A stretch of DNA of 64,000 nt, from IMG/VR virus record IMGVR_UViG_3300044641_010298, positions 1-64,000 of that record; one strand, written 5' to 3'. Shown here in pieces: positions 26,565 to 35,197 of the stretch (positions are counted from its first letter, which is position 1; every line of letters begins with the position of its first letter). The position numbers and the translations under genes are program-made. Origin of the DNA: a virus. A model generated the notes under the pieces. That model saw nothing but the letters and a program-made list of their open reading frames with translations, was not told the origin of the DNA and did no database searches.

Positions 26565-28430
26565 TCAATCTGCTGTATAAAATCGACCAATGCTAGGCGG
26601 AATTGAAGTTGATGAAATTTCATTATCATTTATCAAGATATCAATGTTTTGACTCTGACCGATGTTCAGTTCTGTCATACAAAGCTTGTATGCAACTGAT
26701 CCTGCATTTGACTTGTTGATGAAAGATATTGAATATCCGTCCCTAGTAACATCGGCATATTCAGGATCGAAGTATATTCTCACTCTGCTATGTCCGCTGT
26801 CTTTTATCAGATCACTAAAAAAATCCTCTAGAATGTTTATATTCGGATAGGGTTTGGGAGCGCTCTCTGTAGAAACTCTTGAAACAAGTATTTTTCTTGT
26901 TATTGTGTCAAATCTTACTCTAAACTGTTCAGAATAAGCTGAAGATAGTCCGTGTGCGTCTATTGCACACAAAGCGTAGATGTAGTCGCTATTGATGCTG
27001 TTGAATTCAGCGTCTATATAGTGCTTAATTGGGCCACTTGACAAAATTAGTCTGCTCTCTGGAACATTCTCGCCTGATGTGTAGGGATAAATGCTCTGAT
27101 CAAAATTTATCTCAGCAAGCAAACTAAATGGGTCGTTAATGGTGCTTCTTCTGAAGACTTGAAATCGCTTTATGTCCTTCGTTGTGTTTATTGGAAAATT
27201 CCATCTAATATAGAGTCCGTTCAGAGTCTGCTGAAAAGAAATATTGTTTGGAGGATTTGGAGGAACGTTCTCAGTGCACTGAACTGTTGTAACGACCCCT
27301 GTTGAGGCTACAAGCACTGCAGAAACATCAAATCCCTCAACTGATCCATATTCATTTTTTCTTGCCGTGATCACGTAGGTTTTGTAGACAGTTCTAAGCT
27401 TGTACTTGTATACACCCCCATACCTCACAGCAGCGTCTGAGTAATTCCAGGTTTTTGTAGAAATTCCTTCCTTTATAATCGCTGGGTATGTAAGCGTAGA
27501 TCCATCGATTTGCTCTCCGTACTTTTCCAATATGTAACCAACCACAGTTGTCTGGTTTGTTATCCCAAGAAATGATAAAACAACAGCAGCAAATTCAGCG
27601 TCAGATCCCTCTTCTATTCCTGTCGTGTAAGTTATGTAATCATAAAGTTGACGCCCAGAGACATATTCGCTGCTTATTGGAGTAACCGACACATCGATTT
27701 CGTCTTCTGTGACAGAATATGGATCAGCTGAGACTTCTGTTCTGGTCCTATCTTGCACAGACTGCGCACTCTCAAGAACAGATGCAAATTCATCAGAATA
27801 CGCTGAGGCTTGCCACCTTGTTGCAGTCTTTGCTACGTCTGCAACAAAAAGATCATTTATCGAAACGCCAAGATTCAATGCTTTTATATCATTCTCGTAT
27901 TGTAGGACGACTTCTTCTTCTGTCTGAGATTTTGAAAATCCGTAACCAGCAGCTTGAAATCCTGCAACATATAGAAAGTTTCTCTCTATCTCTGATGTTG
28001 CAGTAGATCCTAGAGATAAACTAGTGTTGTAAAAAGTCTCATCAACTGATGTATCATTAACAATGATACTTGAAATTTTTGTGCTAAACGGCGCATCTTC
28101 AAATATTATACTGTTCGAATTATAGGCGTTGGTAATTGTTCCAGCAGATACAGTTTCAACAGAGTACGAGCCACCACCCTTTCCACTTATGTTTACCTGT
28201 CTTGGATATACAAGACGCTCATAATTCTCAACAATAAAATCATACGCGTCAGATTCGGCATCGAGATCAGACAGAGACGTGGTTTCAGAAGCTCCTTCAT
28301 CTCTTGTATAGTAATTGTATACAAAGTCCGCAGTTACAGATTCATTCTTGCTTAACGTGACAAGATAAAATGGGATGCTTACTGAGCTCGTGGCCTGAAG
28401 TACATCAACATCAACAATATAGCTCGACAT
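26565..28430 (-). CDS. Putative structural protein with fibronectin type III-like domain
   Basis: PPNPPNNI...LYIRWNFP...FQVFRR...YIYALCAIDAHGLSSAYS (FN3 pattern). Confidence 0.65.
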   Translation of the reverse strand: MSSYIVDVDVLQATSSVSIPFYLVTLSKNESVTADFVYNYYTRDEGASETTSLSDLDAESDAYDFIVENYERLVYPRQVNISGKGGGSYSVETVSAGTITNAYNSNSIIFEDAPFSTKISSIIVNDTSVDETFYNTSLSLGSTATSEIERNFLYVAGFQAAGYGFSKSQTEEEVVLQYENDIKALNLGVSINDLFVADVAKTATRWQASAYSDEFASVLESAQSVQDRTRTEVSADPYSVTEDEIDVSVTPISSEYVSGRQLYDYITYTTGIEEGSDAEFAAVVLSFLGITNQTTVVGYILEKYGEQIDGSTLTYPAIIKEGISTKTWNYSDAAVRYGGVYKYKLRTVYKTYVITARKNEYGSVEGFDVSAVLVASTGVVTTVQCTENVPPNPPNNISFQQTLNGLYIRWNFPINTTKDIKRFQVFRRSTINDPFSLLAEINFDQSIYPYTSGENVPESRLILSSGPIKHYIDAEFNSINSDYIYALCAIDAHGLSSAYSEQFRVRFDTITRKILVSRVSTESAPKPYPNINILEDFFSDLIKDSGHSRVRIYFDPEYADVTRDGYSISFINKSNAGSVAYKLCMTELNIGQSQNIDILINDNEISSTSIPPSIGRFYTAD

Positions 28431-31400
28431 CTACGCCTCCACCTTTGTATAAAACTGAGAGACAATATCATTGTACTTGTCTCCGTCTACAACTAGATAT
28501 AAAAGCTTGTCAAATACAAAGGAGCACTCCATTTCCTCGAGCATTCTAGTTGTCATAAAATCCTGATGCATCATAATCATCGCTCGGAGCCTTGAATATA
28601 TTAGCTGATTATCTGTTGTGTCAAATGTGAATCCCGCAGATTGAAGAGCAGCATCTGCAATTGACTCTTCCGGATAAGGATCAGATCTCAGCGGTGATTT
28701 AGTAGTTGCGTATCTTGGATAGAGACCGTAGATGTCTTCAACATACGCTTGAAGCGCTGCCTGGACGACAGCGGCAGGAAAATCAATCGATCCATAGTAA
28801 TTAGTTGCTTCATTTCTTGAAATTATATTGAGAGATCCTCCAGTTTCTGAGATTTCGTATATTGAAATTGAATCATCAGAAGTTGAAGAGACCTCGTTGG
28901 GCAGAGTATAATCATCGACTACGCCCGGAATCTTTGAAGAATAGGGTCCTGCATTTTCTGGCCTATTCGTTTCAGACGAGCTTATATAGCCGAATCCTGA
29001 ATAATCGATTCTATTTTCTGATTCATCTACAGGATCAGCAAAAACTCGAACATTGTAGTAAAAGCTAATATCTTCTTTTGCAAGTCTAAGAAGCTCAAGA
29101 TGTCCATATGGCAAACCAATTACACATATTGATAAATTCTCCTTTTTAAGGATCAGGTCTTTGAAAGCTGCTTTTACTATTGACCTGTAGTGTCTTGATC
29201 TAGTTGCAATTGATGAAATTAACGTCCCAGGAACAAAGTTAAGATATCTGCTTGTGCGATAAAGAGCTTCAACAGCTGACTCAAGCGTTAGATACCTTCC
29301 TACTATTTGTGCTGTCTTCTCCTCGCCATAGATCTCCTTGATTTTATTGTGAAGAGATATGACAGATGAGATATAATTGCTTTGAGCTGAAAGTACTGTC
29401 TTTTGATAGGCAATGAGAGACCTAAAATCTTGATACATCTGGAGTGCACCGGTTACAGGTTTTCTCAGCTCTTGAAGAAGAGAATCTATGTTTGCTCTTT
29501 GCTCGTTGGTTGGTTCACTTCCTGTAATTTCTACAAATTTAGAAAAAGAGACTTCATCAGCGCTAGTTGCCGTGAAAATAGACTTCAAACAATCAATCGC
29601 AAGAGCAATATCATGCTGGTGCCACTCAACGTAGCAATCGTAATCAACTCTGAAATATCCAGAAATTTTTATTTTTGAGAGAACTCTGAGAAACATGATA
29701 AAAGAAGCAAATCTTATTTGTTCAACAATTTTTTGATTTGATGATATCGTAGTATAGTTTGCTGTTAATTCATTTGTAATGTTTCTAAACGTATCAAACG
29801 ATGACCCTTCAATACAAAGGTTTTTGAAAAAGTCTGAAAATGAAGAATAGGTTGGTACAAATTCTAGTTTCTTCTTTGAAGATATCCCTTCTAAATGAAA
29901 TCCCTCTGTTGAAAATTCATACCTCCCTAAATCAGACATATTTTTAAATTCAGCATAAGCAGGTGAAAATACAGATTTACCAGATCTCACAGAGAAAGGA
30001 TAGGCATCTTCATTATGAATAATAGAATACAGCTTTGCAGCCGCAAATTCAGAGTGTGTAGCAATAGAAAATAGTGCCACTCTAGACGCAGAATAGGTCT
30101 CATACGTCGACAGTGAATCAATCTCATTGCTCATCAATACTGATTCTTCAAAAAAGCTGATGTAGTGATCAAAAAATGTTTGAAAAATTGTCATTGCGCA
30201 CTGATTTGTAAAGAAGTTTTTATTATCAGATACAAATCCATCCAGATTTGAGATAATTTGGTCTATTTGAGTCTTTAAGGCTTCTAATTCGGGTATACTC
30301 AAAGAAACAATCGAAGATACAGGATCTGACTGTTCAATCTCTGATGTCTGCAGTGTTTCATCAAAAAGAAAAATCTTCTTTCCAGATGATGTTTCTGCAA
30401 CATACCTAATTGAATCACTGGAAGTGTTAGAAATTGACACAATTTCTGCTGATCCCGGGCTTATCGATGCAGGAATTCCAGAGTTAAGAAGTGATCCTAT
30501 TTCTGATTCTGCTATTAGAGCGGAGAGAACTGGAACAACCTGCTTGTAGAATGAGTAGTTATCCACCTCAGAATCAAGACCAATAATCGGAAGATGTGAT
30601 ACCTTTCCATCTGATGAATAGAGATGTGTATTGACTTCATATTCAGCAACGGCGTCTACGTAAGAATCCTGTACTCCGTACATTCTTCCTTCAAATCTTG
30701 CCAACTGTCCTGCATAATAGACGCCGTTGGAAGAAAGTCTAGAAACAGCAGCAGCAGCAGTTGTATTAAAATCAATTGCTTGAAAGTTTTTACTTACTGC
30801 ATCACCAACTAGATCAAGAGTCACCTTGGCAAATTCTATCCCTTGACAATTTTCAATATTGTCAGCTGTCAAGCTGGTTACAGGAGCTACTTTTGCGTAC
30901 TCTATATCTTGATAGGGGCTTTGTATGACCTGGTCTAGAGAATCTGGAGTATAGAGCCTTCCTTCTAAAATCTGAGCCAGAACAGCCTTCATTAGTTGAT
31001 ACTGTCTTGCCGTTTTTGATTGTGCTGGGATGACTGTTGTGTCTCCCGTATCTCCTAAAAGCTTTTCACTCAAGCTTAGTATAATGTCTTTACCGCTATC
31101 ATATTTTGTAACATCGTCGTCAATGTATTGAACTGACCTATTGTTTGTGGTTGAAGAAGTAGTTGTTTCAGCTGTAGGCAGTGTTGCTGCAAGAACAATT
31201 TCACCACGTGAGACATTTGATTCTGATGTCGTTGTTGCAACAGCTGAGTCAACTTTTTGCTGCACATCCTGGCTTGGTGTGGTTATGCTTGTCGTAGAAA
31301 TTACAGCCTGCTTCAGGCCGGCAATCTGCGGCAGAGAAGTCGCGAGAACTGTATACTTCGATGTATTTTCGTCCCGTATTTGCCCAAGCTGAGCTTGGGC

Positions 31401-32252
31401 ATCCGGATTTTCAGAATAATATTGATCTACAACTTCTTGTGCTCTAGTAATAGTAGAATCTCTAAGAGAATTCTGTAAATCGTACAGAACTCCTAAATTT
31501 GATACTTCTCCGCTCTTTTCATAAAGATTTTTCAAAGGAACAATGCAGACAACCTCTGGAATTGCGCTTATAACTCCAATCTGCGAAATCTCAGAATCAT
31601 AAGCTGACCTATCAAATTCGTAGACTGTTGTGTCTGATTCGACAGTTGAATCTGTGCTCGATGTTCCGCCGGATGATGCTTCATCTGTCCCGCTACTTGT
31701 GTAGTCAGTCCCGTATCCTTCTCCCTCTATGATGTCTCTAAGATTTTCTAAGTCAGGTGAAGAGCCTCCGCCACCTAGCCGTCCGCCAGTCAATGGAACA
31801 GATTTGAGTCCAGGCACCAATCTGCCCTTGCCAGAATTTACCAAATCAGTAAACGATCCGGCAAAACCCCCGCTCCCGAGTCGTCCGCTAGCCGATCCTA
31901 GAGTTGTAGAACTAGGACTTCTGCTAGAATCAAGTGGGCCAATACCTCTTTGACGCGTTTCCCGGGATGGTTGTCCACGAGTAGTCCGAGCATTCAATTC
32001 GGGTGCTGGTGACCCAGTCCCGGGAGTTGAATTAAAACCTGCTGATGGTGCGGCAGCGCCTGCGATAGCAGCATTCTTGGAGGCTCTAAGCCTGACATCA
32101 TTTGAACTCTCTCTGGCACCTGTTTCGATTCCAGACCCAGAAATACCGCCTGATTTTGACACTTCTTTGGTGCCACGATTTTCTTCTTCTGCGGCTCCTG
32201 CTCCCTGTACAATTAGATCGACGGATGTATTGGTACCAACTTTGAATGGCAT
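28431..32252 (-). CDS. Large hypothetical (putative virion) protein with low-complexity Gly/Ser/Thr N-terminus
   Basis: 1273-aa uninterrupted ORF in the structural block. Confidence 0.75.
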   Translation of the reverse strand: MPFKVGTNTSVDLIVQGAGAAEEENRGTKEVSKSGGISGSGIETGARESSNDVRLRASKNAAIAGAAAPSAGFNSTPGTGSPAPELNARTTRGQPSRETRQRGIGPLDSSRSPSSTTLGSASGRLGSGGFAGSFTDLVNSGKGRLVPGLKSVPLTGGRLGGGGSSPDLENLRDIIEGEGYGTDYTSSGTDEASSGGTSSTDSTVESDTTVYEFDRSAYDSEISQIGVISAIPEVVCIVPLKNLYEKSGEVSNLGVLYDLQNSLRDSTITRAQEVVDQYYSENPDAQAQLGQIRDENTSKYTVLATSLPQIAGLKQAVISTTSITTPSQDVQQKVDSAVATTTSESNVSRGEIVLAATLPTAETTTSSTTNNRSVQYIDDDVTKYDSGKDIILSLSEKLLGDTGDTTVIPAQSKTARQYQLMKAVLAQILEGRLYTPDSLDQVIQSPYQDIEYAKVAPVTSLTADNIENCQGIEFAKVTLDLVGDAVSKNFQAIDFNTTAAAAVSRLSSNGVYYAGQLARFEGRMYGVQDSYVDAVAEYEVNTHLYSSDGKVSHLPIIGLDSEVDNYSFYKQVVPVLSALIAESEIGSLLNSGIPASISPGSAEIVSISNTSSDSIRYVAETSSGKKIFLFDETLQTSEIEQSDPVSSIVSLSIPELEALKTQIDQIISNLDGFVSDNKNFFTNQCAMTIFQTFFDHYISFFEESVLMSNEIDSLSTYETYSASRVALFSIATHSEFAAAKLYSIIHNEDAYPFSVRSGKSVFSPAYAEFKNMSDLGRYEFSTEGFHLEGISSKKKLEFVPTYSSFSDFFKNLCIEGSSFDTFRNITNELTANYTTISSNQKIVEQIRFASFIMFLRVLSKIKISGYFRVDYDCYVEWHQHDIALAIDCLKSIFTATSADEVSFSKFVEITGSEPTNEQRANIDSLLQELRKPVTGALQMYQDFRSLIAYQKTVLSAQSNYISSVISLHNKIKEIYGEEKTAQIVGRYLTLESAVEALYRTSRYLNFVPGTLISSIATRSRHYRSIVKAAFKDLILKKENLSICVIGLPYGHLELLRLAKEDISFYYNVRVFADPVDESENRIDYSGFGYISSSETNRPENAGPYSSKIPGVVDDYTLPNEVSSTSDDSISIYEISETGGSLNIISRNEATNYYGSIDFPAAVVQAALQAYVEDIYGLYPRYATTKSPLRSDPYPEESIADAALQSAGFTFDTTDNQLIYSRLRAMIMMHQDFMTTRMLEEMECSFVFDKLLYLVVDGDKYNDIVSQFYTKVEA

Positions 32253-32253
32253 T

Positions 32254-34221
32254 TTATCTTCCTAGAGTTGAGCTGCCAGATTCGACTCTTGTCTTTCCGA
32301 CATAGGGCGTAATGATTATTTTTGATGGATCTTTGTTTCCAATGAAAAAATACTGAATTCCTGCACTAATTGGGTTGCTTCTTATTTTTGTTCCATCCAT
32401 GATAATTTCAAAGTGATCGACCTGGCTAATGTTTCCTACAAAAAACCACTTTAAGTAATTTCCTCTCTGAGTTCTTAGAATTGTAATATTTTTTACAAAA
32501 CTTTCTGATATTCTTTCCCCGGGAACCAAAACATCTGAAAAAACTCCTGTTCGACCAGCATAATATCCGAGATCTGCCAAAGATGAAGCATTTCCATATT
32601 TTAGTGTTGAATTTCTAATTGCATCTCTAGTGAAAAACTTTGAGCTGAAGCTTGATCTAGAGAATTTTGATCTTGTTCCTATTTGCTTTGATGCAAGATC
32701 TACTGTGCTTTTTAGATTAAATGAATTGTCCGCTGTGACAGATTGTCCAGCTGCAAGAAGCTCCAATGCTTCAGGGGCTGATCTAACTGCGACCTCAAAT
32801 CTATAAATGCACGGATCTGTATCAGGGTTTCGCAGGGAAATTTTTCCTGTTTTGTAGACGCCCACCATTTCTTCATCTCCCGTTTTTTGAGAAATTCTAG
32901 AAACAAGCACACGTGTGATGGGCTTTAGATTGTTTGTCATTTTTTCAAGATCGTTAGAAAGAATGCTTTCTAGCCCCAAATCCTTGAGATCTGATACAAT
33001 CTCATCGTAAGACGTAGATGTGTTGTAGTTAACGTTAACATCAAATGAAATCTCTCTCCCCCGTGATATCTCGCTGATATTTGATCCTGTTGAATTTGTA
33101 GATATTGCCGCAGTAATTTTTGCCAAATTATCAAGCTTCAAAGCGGGAACTATTACTTCAGATGGGCTAGATCTGAGTATTCCAGCGTCATCAATGTAGT
33201 CAACTGTATATGTGTATTCGTATTGGGGCTTTCTTGCAGAGTCTGCTAAAGTTAGTGAATTTTGAGAATTTGACAATGATTCAACAAACTCTCTATTGAT
33301 GTCTGATATTCCCTGTCTATAAAGCATGACCCTTGAGACTGTCTGGTCGATTGATGATACAGAAAAAGAAACAGATGAATCGCTCAATGAAGCCATGTAG
33401 AAAGGAATCTTCTTTTCACTTTTGGCAAAAGCTGACTCAAATTCAGAAAAATTTCCTATTCCTTGCTGCTGTATTCTAGAGACAGGACTTGCTCTAATAA
33501 TATATTTCTGATCACTATCGGGTACATCAAATACAACAGTTGCATTTCCGCTCGCATCAACGCCAGATGAAGATTGCTGCCCAAAGGGTGTGTAATCAAA
33601 ACTAGATTGTGCATCGCTCTTAATCAAAAACTTGAATGCTCCAGTATTTGGGTCTCTCGTAGTTGCTGATGCGAAGATACTTCTTCCTCCCTGCCTTGTA
33701 ACTGTTAGATTAAAATCGTCGCTTGGCAGATCATACCTGTTTATCATCTGTGCATGATCAACTTCAATTGTATCGATTACTGTTTCTGATCTATTAGTTG
33801 CAATATTTACAGCTTCTATTGTGAAAAGGTCTCCTATTCCAGATCCAGGTATTTCAATCTGATAGGAAATCTGTGATACGGAAAGATCTGGTCTATCAAC
33901 GTATTTTTTTGCAACAATCTTTTTTTTGTCCAGGCTATTTGCTATTTGTGAAACTCTTTGTGCATCAATTGACTTCATCATATTTTGAGATGTCATGACT
34001 GATTTTTTTACAGAGACCGATCTGTCTCTCTTCTTTGCTGCAACAACTTGTAGAACAATATCTCCAGCTAGCCTTCCTATTGTTGATAGGTCAACTGATA
34101 TTTTGAATTCATAATTGAAATATGTGACGCTTCCCTGGATTCTATGCGAGACTATTTGATATCCGTTCTGTCCTACAAATGACACATATTTTGGTTCGAG
34201 TTTTCTGGCTGCGTACAACAT
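32254..34221 (-). CDS. Putative beta-rich structural protein
   Basis: 655-aa ORF, Ig/FN3-like beta-strand pattern, in the baseplate operon. Confidence 0.65.
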   Translation of the reverse strand: MLYAARKLEPKYVSFVGQNGYQIVSHRIQGSVTYFNYEFKISVDLSTIGRLAGDIVLQVVAAKKRDRSVSVKKSVMTSQNMMKSIDAQRVSQIANSLDKKKIVAKKYVDRPDLSVSQISYQIEIPGSGIGDLFTIEAVNIATNRSETVIDTIEVDHAQMINRYDLPSDDFNLTVTRQGGRSIFASATTRDPNTGAFKFLIKSDAQSSFDYTPFGQQSSSGVDASGNATVVFDVPDSDQKYIIRASPVSRIQQQGIGNFSEFESAFAKSEKKIPFYMASLSDSSVSFSVSSIDQTVSRVMLYRQGISDINREFVESLSNSQNSLTLADSARKPQYEYTYTVDYIDDAGILRSSPSEVIVPALKLDNLAKITAAISTNSTGSNISEISRGREISFDVNVNYNTSTSYDEIVSDLKDLGLESILSNDLEKMTNNLKPITRVLVSRISQKTGDEEMVGVYKTGKISLRNPDTDPCIYRFEVAVRSAPEALELLAAGQSVTADNSFNLKSTVDLASKQIGTRSKFSRSSFSSKFFTRDAIRNSTLKYGNASSLADLGYYAGRTGVFSDVLVPGERISESFVKNITILRTQRGNYLKWFFVGNISQVDHFEIIMDGTKIRSNPISAGIQYFFIGNKDPSKIIITPYVGKTRVESGSSTLGR

Positions 34222-35174
34222 TAGTCAAGCACCACAGTAAAGAGGTTTAAGAAAGTAGCAGATTCATACTGATCTGTCTGGACTTTTCCAAAAAATATTA
34301 CTCGCTTGTTCTGGCGTGCTCTATCTGTTAGATCAGTTACCTCGCCATAATCAAATGATTCAAGCTTTGTAACTCCATCAACAGTAATTTCGTACATTTG
34401 CATGACTATATCATTGCTTAGAGATGTATCTTGGAAATTTGAATCAAATCTTTGCTTTATAGGATTTTGATCAGTGCCAAATATTTCATTTTTCATATCT
34501 TCATATGTGTAAGAATTTGACTCCTTTATATTCACAAATGTCCCAAGATTAACGTCAGTATCTCCGTTTTTAACAACTGGCGGCAAAAACTTGAACTGTG
34601 GCGAATTTGAAAATCTCCTATCAAAGAATAGAGAATTAGCAGTTCCAATGCTTGAAATAATTCCTAGATTATCACTGCTATTTATTGTAAAAGATGCTGT
34701 TACAGGATTAATGACAAAGCTATCTGTATCATCAAGCGGGTCTCTTGATCCAATTATAGTATTAAGCTTATAAGCAGCCTGAAATGTATTTGTTAGATCA
34801 ATAATTGCTGATGAGAATGATGAGCTAAACGTGGGATTAATTCCGTTTATTGCGAGACTTCCTGAATATATTGTGCCGTCTGATCCTAGCGTTGAAGCAT
34901 AGCTACTAGATGCTAGAACAATTGTCGGAATGATATTTCCAGAGTCATCTGTGACAACAGCAAGCATGTCCTGCGGGAGTGATGCAGGAGATTCTAGATA
35001 TATCCTATCAACAGCAGAATCAATAGATCCTGAAATGCTGCTTGGATCGTAGTATGTCTGCCCATCTGTAAATGAAGCATAGGCAACATTGAGTCCGCCT
35101 CTGGCCAGCATGCTCCTTCCCCACGGCGTCATGACAACATCCATAACCCGGGTCTTGGAATCGAGAATCCCCAT
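34221..35174 (-). CDS. Baseplate/tail-collar-like structural protein, paralog of 25809..26513
   Basis: MGILDSKTRVMDVVMTPWGRSMLARGGLNVAYASFTDGQTYY aligns with MGFLNQ...ILDAVLTDAGRRLLASQGRFVITKFALADDGIDY. Confidence 0.7.
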   Translation of the reverse strand: MGILDSKTRVMDVVMTPWGRSMLARGGLNVAYASFTDGQTYYDPSSISGSIDSAVDRIYLESPASLPQDMLAVVTDDSGNIIPTIVLASSSYASTLGSDGTIYSGSLAINGINPTFSSSFSSAIIDLTNTFQAAYKLNTIIGSRDPLDDTDSFVINPVTASFTINSSDNLGIISSIGTANSLFFDRRFSNSPQFKFLPPVVKNGDTDVNLGTFVNIKESNSYTYEDMKNEIFGTDQNPIKQRFDSNFQDTSLSNDIVMQMYEITVDGVTKLESFDYGEVTDLTDRARQNKRVIFFGKVQTDQYESATFLNLFTVVLD

Positions 35175-35190
35175 TTATTGCCTCTAGATA

Positions 35191-35197
35191 TAACTAT
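35191..35197 (-). promoter_or_regulatory. Candidate late promoter ATAGTTA
   Basis: Identical to the motifs at 3925 and 46007. Confidence 0.55.
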
